A stretch of DNA of 64,000 nt from Lepidodermella squamata (taxonomy: Eukaryota > Animalia > Gastrotricha). Position 1 is the stretch's first letter. The number at the start of each line of letters is the position of its first letter. Both the position numbers and the translations under genes were made by a program. The stretch covers positions 1,302,001 through 1,366,000 of the forward strand of contig JBLDXI010000015.1 in assembly GCA_047495785.1 (NCBI GenBank), written 5' to 3'. Of this stretch, positions 25,083 to 36,088 are shown in pieces. The notes below the pieces were generated by a model. The model had not been told where the DNA came from and searched no databases. It saw only the letters and a list, made by a program, of their open reading frames with translations.

Positions 25083-26202
25083 TTCTCGGGAGAGCTTTAT
25101 AGATTGCAAAATTGATAAGTTTCATGTTTTTAGCTCTACACATCACTTGAAAATTATATGGCATGAGATAGCGGATGTTTGCTCCCTTAAGCAAATAGAT
25201 AATTGCAATAAAAATAAAAAATTATTAATCCAGCATGATGCTCACACCATCGTGAAATTCTTTGGCAACCCGTGAACTTCACGATGCGCAAGTTCACCGA
25301 TTTTATTGATTTTCCCTTTTCGACGTAACTCTGTGTAATTGTGCAGTCATTTGAACCCAATGTTAAATTCCGAATACCTGAGAAAGGATGGAGGATAGAG
25401 CTTCAGCTACGATGGCTCCATAACGGCGAGGAATTCGCTCATGAGATTTCGCGAGCTTATTGAAATGGGTCCTGGCTGTTTAGGGTCAAGATATGGGCTC
25501 GGCGAACCTCATGGTTATGGGATGACAAGCGTTTGAAAAAATGGAAATTTTGCATGCAGATTTAGGTAACCTTACCCTTAAATTATATTTCGCTCTTATT
25601 TTTTGCTCACCAGATACTTTCGCATTTGTCTGTAATGCCTTCTTACATCAATAAAATTTATTGAAAAGCCAATTCCAAACATATACAGCGTATCCTGTAT
25701 AGCGGAGGATAGCATCTCCTGTATAGCATCGTTCCTCGGTGAGATATTCGATCAGCCTACTTTCAGCCGTTTGAGCTTTCGCGCAGACGGCTGTCTTAAC
25801 GAGGGTTGACTTTGGACGTTGGACGAAACATGTTTGAAAAGGCGTTCAATATCGGGCTTTGCTCGCCCGCGGGTAACCTCAGCAGTAGCAACAGTTCGGG
25901 AGTTCCCTTGAAATTCTTTGAATTGTAGTTTGCCGCAGGCATTCAGTTTTCGCCGCATTATATCCAGCTGTGGCCATTTAAGATCTAAAGCGCACGTTTC
26001 CAGCAAATAATATGATATATAATGCCAATTCAAGAGTTCTAAGTACAAGCACGTCGTGAAGATTCAACTTTCCGACAATTAGCGATCTAAATGAGGTGTT
26101 GATCACGTTTCAGTGTCATTACCGAATACTCTATCATACTGTCGCGAGTTGCTTCCGGGCTTGCATATTCGGCGTTCACGTTTATATTGTGAACGCTTGG
26201 AC

Positions 26203-27537
26203 ATGTTGGCGAACCAGACTCAAACTATCATCCAAGGTTCTTGGGTGGTTCTGAATCTAGCAGACGGAGGATTCTCTGGACCGAGGGCGTATTTCATCGG
26301 GGTATTTCATGATCTCAACGCTAAGACGCTGACTGAACGCCTTTCTTATACAGTGCCGTTCCTTCTTGATACTGATACTGATACTGTTTTATTTTGCAAT
26401 TTGTCTTTCGACATTTAGCAATTAGGAATCTTGTGACCGCTTTGATATTTGCAGCAAGTCTGGCAAATGCTATCATTTTCTACCAACGAGGTGTGAAACG
26501 AAACTTTTTCCTTCTCAACAGCGCTCACATGGCATGTAATCTTCTGTTCGCGGTTAATTATTCCGTTGCCCTTGTCGTAGCGCTGCCTACAGGTCTATGG
26601 GAAGCTGGAGAATCCCTTTGTACTGGGATAACTTGGTTTATGTACACAATCGGTGGATTTGGCGTTATCACAATGGCTCTCATCAGCTACGAGCGACGAC
26701 TTTGTGTTCTGGGGATCAGTCCGAGTCCAAATGCCGGTTCAAAAAAGGTTTGAAACATGTTCGTTTATTGATTATCGTGCTAATATGCTCGACATAGATT
26801 CTGGCTCTTACGCTAGCTCTTTTCATCCTGTGCGGATTAATCTCTGCCATATTCACCCTGTATCCATTTCCAACCTTGAAGAACTCTAGTCATCATATTC
26901 CAGCGCTCAATAATGGAAGCCGAGTTGGATTCTGTGCAACATTTGAGTATCGTATTGCCAACGGCTTGGACACTTCCTTACTCTCAATGCTGTACGGATC
27001 AGCTGTGTTAGGAGGCTCTGGCACATTCCTAGTCTACAATTACTGGTAACTCAAATGCTTGTAAGCTGTAAGCAATGCCGTCAGTTTTTTAACTTGAAAT
27101 TTAGGTTGATTTTTGCGAAAATTCGAGAAACACGTCGAAGAAGCGCCACGAGAAGCGGTGATTGGCAGAGGCGGGAGTTTTGGTTTGCTAAGCAATCTCT
27201 TGCTATCTTCTTCTTCTACGCAGTTTTCCGATTGCCCGTCGCTTTTGTCTTGGTATTCATAATGCTTTACGATGGGATAGGGCCTCAGTTGGCGACAGGT
27301 TGGTCTTACAAAGCTACAATTCTCGCCGCGATGGTCGAGATGTTCACAGCGCCAGCAGTTCAATGCATCAGACCAGGTCAGTTCAGTAGGCTTTGGACTG
27401 CCATGAAAGGCGGCGGGAAGTTGAAGCGAGTCTCAACAATGGATAACCCTAATTGGACGACTACAAAAACTTCAAGGAGTAGCGGCACAGCTTACATCGC
27501 AACTTCTTACAATTCAACCGTCGAAGCGAAATTCTGA
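26203..27537 (+). CDS. Rhodopsin-class GPCR, FFAR4/GPR120-like
   Basis: TM1 LVTALIFAASL, WEAGESLC, TM3 ITMALISYERRLCV. Three introns (~26358-26425, ~26748-26798, ~27046-27105); first intron boundaries uncertain. Confidence 0.75.
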
Positions 27538-27810
27538 TTTATTTGTTGTCAACTACGACGATACGGATACAGCGCGAATTAAAATTATCGATCTTGGCGC
27601 TTGGCGTACTGAGTCACGCCCATTGTAATTAATACGAGCTCACAGACATGTCTGATATCTCTGATATCTCGATTTGTAATAGATACATCTATTTTTCCAT
27701 TCTCCTGGTCGAGTTAATTGTCGTAAAAATTATCAAATAAATGAAAGCCCCACCTTAATAAAATGAGTGATGGTGTCAATTCTATTGCAACGAGTTGGAG
27801 GATCAAGGCT

Positions 27811-30129
27811 ATGAATTTAGGCACCATTCTGTCGGTAATATTTTCCTTACTTTTCGATGCATCGGCACAGCCTTACACCCTGAGTTCTGAAGGATTGATT
27901 TCGGATGAAAGCCAATGGCAAGTTGAATACGTAAAGCAGCTACCGATGTTTAGCTCAGCAAAACATGGAGAACGGTTGAACGATGACTTGAAAGCGAGCA
28001 ACCTTCCAGGTCCATCAAATTCTCTCTACACTTCAATTTACTGCAAAGATTCTATAGCCGTATCTCGACCTCTGATTCCGCCTTCAGCTAATTGGACGTC
28101 TGTGATGAGTTCCAGTATGACGATAGCTGGTTTTTACTTCAGAAATTCCACTGGTATGAGCACTTGGGCGATATTTGAAGATGCTGACTGGCAATGGGAA
28201 TTGGTTTTCAAATATGAGGATTTCGGATCAGTTTTGGCGGAAAAATTTGTTCAAAAGAGACCGTCTTGGCTTAATTTACCATCTGAAAGGTGGAATTTCC
28301 TTATATGGACATGGTCATGGAACCAGACTCTTAGCAGTGTGGAGATTTATTGCGGTATTGCAGTGGCCTTGTGCTCAGAGTTCTACTACGACAAATTTCC
28401 ATTGCCAAAGTATCACCGTCTGAGTTTGGGCTACTTGACGCCCGGGGATCGAATGGGGCCTGTTTTTTATTACCAAACTTCCCAACAAGAAAAATGGCGG
28501 CAAACGCTTCTTCCATGTTTCGCCAAATACCGCAGGTACTGCAGACAAGATCTATACGGCCTTGCGCCTTATTATGGGCCGAGATATGGAGATTTGGTGT
28601 TTTTTGCCCCGTTGGACATTGACAGTCCACTATTCGATACAGTTTACAGCAGACCGTCGATCATCAATAATGCAGCCTCTTACTATCCACTTCTGGTCAC
28701 AAAATCAGGCGAAGATTGGCTAGCAAGATGGGATCTGATGTATTTGAACCTTGTTTTTACGAAAACGAACTTCACACTAACTTTTCAACTGTTCTGCAAG
28801 TTAGACTACAATGAAGAAGTGAAATTGTTCAAATTAGACAATTTCGTTGTTTCAGTTCGAAATTCATGCAATGCCATTCGATTGGATTCAAATGAAGAAG
28901 TTATCGATTTTAACTTGGATTATACCCCAGAATTTTGGCATTTGATATCGCTTAGATTTCTAGAAAACTCAAATATTGTCTCCATGAGCTATCAATACCC
29001 CGAAAAAGACTATCATCGTTTCTCAATCGACTATGTGAAAAATTTAATTTTCGGGCCTCAAGTTATTTTGACTTCATACCGGAAAATGATGCTTAACAAT
29101 TCAAAAATAGACTTCTTCGATGTTAACTCCGAAGTGAAAGCCACAATAGCCTGCGTTTCGATTTATAAAGCTTACTTGCACGAGAATGTGCTGAAGGCAT
29201 TGCCTTGCTTGTGCCCTGGTCAAAACCGAACCACAACACCCGACTTTTTACTCTCAGATTCTAAATGTAAAGAGGACCGGTTAAATACCTGGATATTCCC
29301 AGTTTGGCTGAGAGAAGCATCCGGTTTCTACCCGATGGATGCTGCGAGTGGCTTCGCGGATGTTACCAAGAGACTTACAGGGTACTCGGTAACAGGTGCG
29401 GGGGATAGACAAGGAATAGCTCCTGGGTTCATGCCAGCTTATGATGGCCCTTTCGGTGAGAAAAATGGCGCACATGGCCTCACGATGCAGTCGATAATAG
29501 ATCAAGGTCTATCTGCAGGAATTATCAACGATTTTCTAAATGCAGTGAACTCAGATTCTGATCAATATCTCGATTTTACGTTGTCTTGGATGTTCAGCGT
29601 GAAAAATCCAAATCTTGATTATAGGATACTTTTCCGCATTATCCTTGATGGAAATGGATATTATTTTGACATTAGCTGTAATGGTCACCACGAGCTTCAA
29701 GTTAACAATATGAAGCCTGCTCTAGGGAAATGCCCTCAACCTGGGCAATGGCAAATCTTCACAGTGTCTTGGAACAAAACTTCGCAGCAATTCTCGTCGC
29801 TCTTCAACAACGGATCTCTCTACAAATCTGTGAAGATGTGGGATCCTAAAAAAACTTTCCTGACTTCAAAAGGATTTGCGCCTCAATTGCTTATAGGTCC
29901 ATTTGATGGCTTAAAGCCGGGAGATCGCTTGGCGTGTTTATTTATGGAGAAGAAACTGTTGAATAGATCACAGATAGCGGAGCTTGAGAATATCTGCAAG
30001 ACAAAGGGACGAGTTGAGATGATGAACCTTCCATCTTTTCCAACGATAAACTGTGGCTGGAAGGCACCAGTTGTGATGTATTTTATAGGATCCCTTTATT
30101 CATCCCTTTATTCATACGTTATACTATGA
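27811..30129 (+). CDS. Triple LamG-like secreted/surface protein, paralog 3
   Basis: Same motifs as paralogs 1-2 (LYGLAPYYGP, FFAPLDIDSPLFD, CLCPGQNRTTTPDF, GFYPMD). ORF is open from 27763; the signal peptide fits ATG 27811. Confidence 0.75.
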   Translation: MNLGTILSVIFSLLFDASAQPYTLSSEGLISDESQWQVEYVKQLPMFSSAKHGERLNDDLKASNLPGPSNSLYTSIYCKDSIAVSRPLIPPSANWTSVMSSSMTIAGFYFRNSTGMSTWAIFEDADWQWELVFKYEDFGSVLAEKFVQKRPSWLNLPSERWNFLIWTWSWNQTLSSVEIYCGIAVALCSEFYYDKFPLPKYHRLSLGYLTPGDRMGPVFYYQTSQQEKWRQTLLPCFAKYRRYCRQDLYGLAPYYGPRYGDLVFFAPLDIDSPLFDTVYSRPSIINNAASYYPLLVTKSGEDWLARWDLMYLNLVFTKTNFTLTFQLFCKLDYNEEVKLFKLDNFVVSVRNSCNAIRLDSNEEVIDFNLDYTPEFWHLISLRFLENSNIVSMSYQYPEKDYHRFSIDYVKNLIFGPQVILTSYRKMMLNNSKIDFFDVNSEVKATIACVSIYKAYLHENVLKALPCLCPGQNRTTTPDFLLSDSKCKEDRLNTWIFPVWLREASGFYPMDAASGFADVTKRLTGYSVTGAGDRQGIAPGFMPAYDGPFGEKNGAHGLTMQSIIDQGLSAGIINDFLNAVNSDSDQYLDFTLSWMFSVKNPNLDYRILFRIILDGNGYYFDISCNGHHELQVNNMKPALGKCPQPGQWQIFTVSWNKTSQQFSSLFNNGSLYKSVKMWDPKKTFLTSKGFAPQLLIGPFDGLKPGDRLACLFMEKKLLNRSQIAELENICKTKGRVEMMNLPSFPTINCGWKAPVVMYFIGSLYSSLYSYVIL

Positions 30130-30285
30130 TTATATTGGCTATTGTTCCAAGCGCGAACTAATAGATGAAAAGTTTGATATTGAAATATCACAGCACGCAC
30201 ATGAAGAATTTCGTGTCTACGATCTACAAAAAACACTGTAGTTTCATTCCTAAATAAAAACGGAAAGATAATCTCCTGTTCTATC

Positions 30286-31410
30286 ATGCCAAATCGCCGT
30301 GAGATTTTATACCTTGCTGCTGTAGCCATCTTCCTTCTAATAGGGGCAATTCAATGCGAATCGACAAGTGAGAATGTAGTCGACCCAGAAATCATTTGCG
30401 GTATGCCACCGACTACTGGGATGTGCAGGGCTTACTTTACTCGCTTCCACTACAATCCATGGACGAAAAAATGTGAGACCTTTGTTTGGGGTGGTTGCGG
30501 AGGTATTTTATCAACTCAACAGAAGCAATTCAATCTGAAATAATTTGGCAGGAAATCAGAACAGCTTCGAAACATTGGAAGAATGTGAAACTATCTGCAA
30601 TGGGACAAATCCGGTTCCATACTCAACCCGGGCGCCCACCTTGCCCCCGACTTTCCCGCCAAACATAAGTGGGTGACTAATACGAAACATCGGTTCATAT
30701 GTTGCTTTCACCCATCTTAATAGCCCCCATTTGTAAACTGGACAGAAGTCAGGGGGATGGACATGAGATGTTTCGAAAGTTTTTCTACAGTAAACAATCC
30801 GGCGATTGCCAGGGTTTTATCTGGAGTGGCATTGGAGGCAATGGGAACCGGTTTGACACATACGACGAGTGTTTAAGGCAATGTTTCCCGGATGGTCGAT
30901 ATCCGCCGAGACCATCTACCACAAGCCCACAGGTATTTCCAGTAATGAGCCTTATCAATTCTTATGTCTGATTATAGAGGCCGAGTAATATGCCGAGAGG
31001 GTTACCTGTCGAGGTATCCACTACGGTATTCCAGACTTCTCCTACCCCTCGCCCCGAAACCGTCAGTACAACTAAAGTATCAACTCGAATTTTTACTGCC
31101 GGGAAAAGAGGTGCCAATTTTGCTACAAATGAGTGTTCTCGAATTGACAATTATTAATTTAGACGAGCGCTGTAAAATCGAGGACAAGTCCGGTGATTAT
31201 GTTCGTCTGCCAAGCGATATGCTTTCGAAGCTATATTATTACAACGCGGGACAAGCCAAATGCATGGTCATGAAATGTATCAACTGCAGTGTTGACGCAA
31301 TTGCTGCGTTTAAAAGCCAGACTGAATGTGAACAAGTCTGTGGTTCTGCAATTTTCAATCCCGCGTTTTTTACCTTCGCAACATTCTCCGGAGTTGGTGC
31401 AGATAAATGA
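30286..31410 (+). CDS. Secreted Kunitz/BPTI protein A (3 Kunitz-type domains, Thr/Pro linkers)
   Basis: Signal peptide; CGMPPTTGMCRAYFTRFHYN..CETFVWGGCGGN; a 4-Cys second domain; a divergent third domain; four introns. Confidence 0.88.
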
Positions 31411-31724
31411 AATAAGTGTGAATAAAATGTTTATCCCAGAAATAATCGGTCAATAAATCGTCGTTGCTTGCCAGGGAAATGAGTGTGCTTATTCCTTTTG
31501 CTTGTAATCTTCACAGGCTTAACACGATTTCATCGGCCTTACGCATGTTGTTATCATAACACCATTATGACGCGTGGTGAATAAATTGCTTCTGTTTCCA
31601 CCAAACAACAATTTGCTTAATTCTGCTGCGTGGGTCTGAAGACGCTTAATTGCTCGCGCGTGCAGCCACTTCCAACCCAGCTACATATCATTTTTTACAA
31701 GAAACTTCTCCAATTAAAATAAGA

Positions 31725-32881
31725 ATGCGGCCTGTTTTCATCTCCCTAGCACTAGCTAGCTTCCTCATTGGTCTTTCCGCCGCTGTCGACGGTCCAGATG
31801 TGATTTGCGGCCTGAAGCCGGATCGCGGGTCATGCAAACAGACCCTACGACGGTACTACTACAACCCCGACATCAGAACTTGCATGCGTTTTACTTACGG
31901 AGGCTGCGATGGTGAGTTATTCACGGCGAAATGTTTCTAACAATCTATTGCCGAAGAATTTAGGTAATATGAACAATTTTGAGGACATGGCATCCTGCAA
32001 CGCCGCCTGTGGCAAATCGAATCCAAGCACAACTAGGCCACTTAAATCGACCACGACCAAGCAAACAACTCCAGTCCCTCCAAGAATAGGTCAGAATTTC
32101 GGTAATACCTGACCTAGATCTTATTTAGACTTATTTCAGCTCCCATTTGCAAGTTGCCTCTAAATCGAGGCAATGGTACAGTTAATGGAAAGTCTGCCGA
32201 TAGTATTGCTCAGTTCTACTTCAACTTCGCCAGACTTCAGTGTGTGGCATTCATTTACACCGGCGATGGAGGAAATGCTAATCGGTTCAATTCATCGCAG
32301 GACTGCGTTAAGAAGTGCTACCTCGATGGATTGACAACGACTCCGACAGCTAAGGCAAAATACTTATTCAGCAGAAGACTGATTTTACATCTTTCCCTTG
32401 TAGACAACAACCAAACAACAAGACAGCAAGACGACAACCAAAGAAGCTTTTGAAGTCAGAAATCTGGCCGCAACAACAAAGAAGGCCAACAGAACAACCA
32501 CAAAGCGTACTACCAAGAAGCCAGTAGTGAGTTTGACGAAAACAACTCTTGCGACCCCGACAGGTTGGCTCGCGGTAGTTCCTATGAAAAAGATGGACAT
32601 CTATTTTGTTCTTAGATTCCCGTTGCCAACAAGGTATCAATTACGACAACTTTTTCAAAGTGTTCCCAATCGACGTGCCGCGATTTTACTACGACAATCA
32701 AACTGAATCTTGCCGGCAATTTACGTGCTATCGCTGCGGTAATGACCGGTTAAACTTCGGAACTTGGGCATCGTGTTACGAGGCTTGCATTGCGCCTACC
32801 CAGAAGCCACAGCCATTGCCAATCCCGATTTCTCAGCCCGATTTTCAAAGCGATAGCCAGGGGATGCTCTTCTGGTTTTAA
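31725..32881 (+). CDS. Secreted Kunitz/BPTI protein B (3 Kunitz-type domains, Thr/Lys linker)
   Basis: Signal peptide; CGLKPDRGSCKQTLRRYYYN..FTYGGCDGN; same layout as gene A. Includes a GC-AG intron at 32355-32403. Confidence 0.86.
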
Positions 32882-33136
32882 TTGAATGCAAACATTCGAA
32901 TTTCGTTATTATCACAGGCTCTTTCAACTCCAGCTTAATAAGAGTCTAAATCTTTGCCACTGCCTATTTTTTATTCTTCTTAACATTTTTTCTAAGCTCT
33001 AAGCTACTACTATCAGGCATGTATTCCAGGGGAGAGAAAAAATTACTCAGCGCTTAACAAGTTTGCTGCAATAAATCTATCGTGGGGCAGCTACCCACCA
33101 TCGAAAAAAACAACAAAAAAACTTGAGTGTGAAAAA

Positions 33137-36088
33137 ATGGTTAACCCGAGTCGTGTTCTCAAGAAGCCGCTTCCAGTAGAAAACATGCTCTTCAACCTAG
33201 GCACCTTGATAATTCTCGCTAGCTATGGTATCACGCCATTGTTTGGACAAGCCGTCGATCCGGTAAATTGACCAATTTCGCGATTTTAGTGTAAGGTCAA
33301 ATCGAATTTAAGCTCGATGAAATATGCAAAGCTGAGGCGGATCCTGGACCTTGCTACGCCTACCTAGAAATGTTTTTCTACGAAGCAACTACAGGGACCT
33401 GCAAGAAATTTGTGTACGGGGGTTGCCAAGGTATTCCAGACCGTTCTAGCTGTAAACGTTCCGTAAATATCCATCCTTAGGAAATGTTAACAGATTCTGG
33501 AACGAAAGCGAGTGCTTAGCGACTTGCGGAAAGTTGAGACCTATTCGTTAGTAAAAACAGACTGTTTTTTCACAGCCTTTCAAAACTTGAATTTTTTTTT
33601 CAGCGGCCGGGGCCAGTGGAAACGTAGCTTCTCAAATATTATAAGAATTATTCAGGACATATTTTGTCCTTTTTAGGATGACAGATCCGTATGTTACGAG
33701 CCACGATTTACCGGGCCATGCCGTGCCGAAATTCGACGATATTATTACAATTCTGAAGATGGCGAATGCCAAGAATTCAACTATGGAGGATGCCAAGCAA
33801 ATGGCAATAACTTTGAATCTGCAGAGGACTGTAAAGCAAGATGTGTTCAAGTTCCAATTCCTGCCAAAACAACTCCCGCAACTGGAATAGTTTGTTTCCC
33901 CCTGAAAACTCCTTTATTCGCTCAAACCGATATGGTTTTAGGTGGACCCATCAGTTTGTAGTTTGCCACGCAAAGGTGGTCCATGCATCGCAAGGTTCTA
34001 CCGTTACTACTTCAACACTGAATCTGGGAAATGCGAGCGGTTTCTCTATGGTGGCTGTCAAGGGAATGAAAACAATTTCGAGACCGAAGTGGCCTGTCAA
34101 AACGCTTGCGGGGATTCGATAGCAGCAGCAAATCGAGCCTTACCAGCTCCTGAAGGTTACAGGATCCGAATTGTACTTCAAGTTTTACTTTACCTTTACC
34201 TTTTTTACAGATGGTGGAAACGTAAGTCTCAATGATTACTTTCGCATTTTCAATTATTTGAATCGGGATAGATGGCTGTTGATGTTTGCACATTGCCGAG
34301 TTATACTGGACCTTGCCGTGCGCGAATCGAGCGGTACTACTACGATGCTTCTCAAGGAATGTGCACGCAATTTATTTATGGAGGCTGCCAGTCGAATGGT
34401 AACAATTTTGAAACAATTGATGCTTGCCAGGACAGATGCGGAGGAAGCACTTCAGTATCGAGGCGAGGTCTAGCTCAGATGACCACTGTCAGCAGAAACG
34501 TAAATTCTTGATTAATCAAGTCCTGATTATATATCAATTTGGGTTCAGAATGACAGGGCTGTTTGCAGCCTCCCTCGTTACACTGGACCGTGTCGAGCAA
34601 GGTATCGCCGCTTTTATTACAACTCAGATTCTGGGAAATGTGAGCCATTCATCTACGGCGGTTGCCAAGCGAATGGAAACAATTTCGAGACTGAGGAAAG
34701 CTGTCAAAAGAAATGTGGCGGAGCTGAGAGCCGACTGCTAACATCGCCAGGTTTCACCTTGAATAAAATTTTTATCACGAATTAAATTCGAAATTTAGCT
34801 CCGATTAATCAGTCTAGTCCTGACTATATTTGCGGTCTAACGCCCGAAAGCGGCTTCTGCAAGGCCCTTTTCCCACGTTTTTACTATGATGCAAGCTCCA
34901 AGTCCTGCAAGACTTTTATTTATGGCGGCTGCGATGGTAAATTGAGCTTCTCTCGATTAGTTGATTATTTCATCATTTATCCGCTGCTCACAAGGAAATG
35001 CGAACAGATTTGAGAGTGAAGATGCATGTTTGAAGTTCTGCAGTAATAGCCGGTCTCTGCCGTTCACAACTGCCGCTACGACAGAATCGCCAACTTTCGC
35101 GCCCAATACTCGTAAGTAACGAAGCTCCCAAATTTTTAAATAACCTGTTCAGCCTCGGTGTAGCTGAGATCTGCAAACAAGACCGTGATTCTGGGTATGG
35201 ATGGGAAGCACTGAGGCGGTATTATTACGATGCGAAAACCACCAAATGTCAACGATTTTTCTGGAGTGGAAGGGGCGGTAATGACAATAGATTCGAAACC
35301 GAGCAGGATTGCATCAGGCGATGCGTTCAACCTAGCAATAGGGGTAGCCCTACCAAGATAGCCTTTATCACAACGACTCCAATCAGAAAGGTTTGGGAGA
35401 TCGTTTTAATTTTGTATCCGAGGCTTCACTTTGTGTTCTAGGATCTGAATACTACGGTGATTTGCTCGAAATCTGCCGAAACGGGGGTTTGCCGAGCTCT
35501 CATACCACGCTACTACTATGATATAGAGTCAAAACGATGCAAAGAGTTCATTTATGGTGGCTGTGGAGGTTAGCATCAATCCAAATTTATAAAATTGCTT
35601 TCAAAAACCTTGATTTTATAAGGAAATGAGAACAACTTTGAAACGGAAGCACTTTGCAATCAAACATGCAATGCTGTCGTGAGTCAATAATACTGGCTAG
35701 ATAAAACTGATTATTACTAAAAGCATTGCTCTAGAAATCTGGGCCTAGGACGTTTGCTAGAGACCCGTCAGCAGATAATGAAACCTCAACTGCGACTACG
35801 CAAGGTTGCTTTCAACTATTATTCACAGCGCTTGTTTCTATCCTTTTCATATCAGATCCGCGATGCTCCTCTTCTAGGAGGCCTTTCAGCTTTGGTTGGG
35901 GGCCATCATTCCGTTTCCGGTTCGACCAGATAACAAACCAATGTACCCGGTTTTTGTGCTTCAATTGCGGTGAAAATGACGAATTTCTGAGTCAACAAGA
36001 CTGCCAGAAGGCTTGCAGCCCGTCTGCATCGCCAAACAATCTCAACGTATTTGGAATTTTCGGAAATGGATTTCCATTCTTCGGCTAG
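33137..36088 (+). CDS. Secreted multi-Kunitz protein C (9 Kunitz-type domains)
   Basis: Seven canonical FxYGGC domains, one 4-Cys domain and a terminal CxxC variant in last exon ~35856-36088 (missed by the ORF track). Start is 33137 or 33185. Confidence 0.88.

Noticed and set aside
25794-25840. Possible second hammerhead (GACGAAACATGTT)
   Set aside because: No CUGANGA core and no convincing stem I or II; at best a decayed relic.
27055-27537. Opsin call for the 26203-27537 GPCR
   Set aside because: The position equivalent to retinal-binding Lys296 is Met, and the nearest Lys is 7 residues upstream.
35679-35690. Stop codon at 35688-35690 as the end of Kunitz gene C
   Set aside because: A GTGAGT donor at 35679 and two further in-frame exons encode a ninth Kunitz-like domain.
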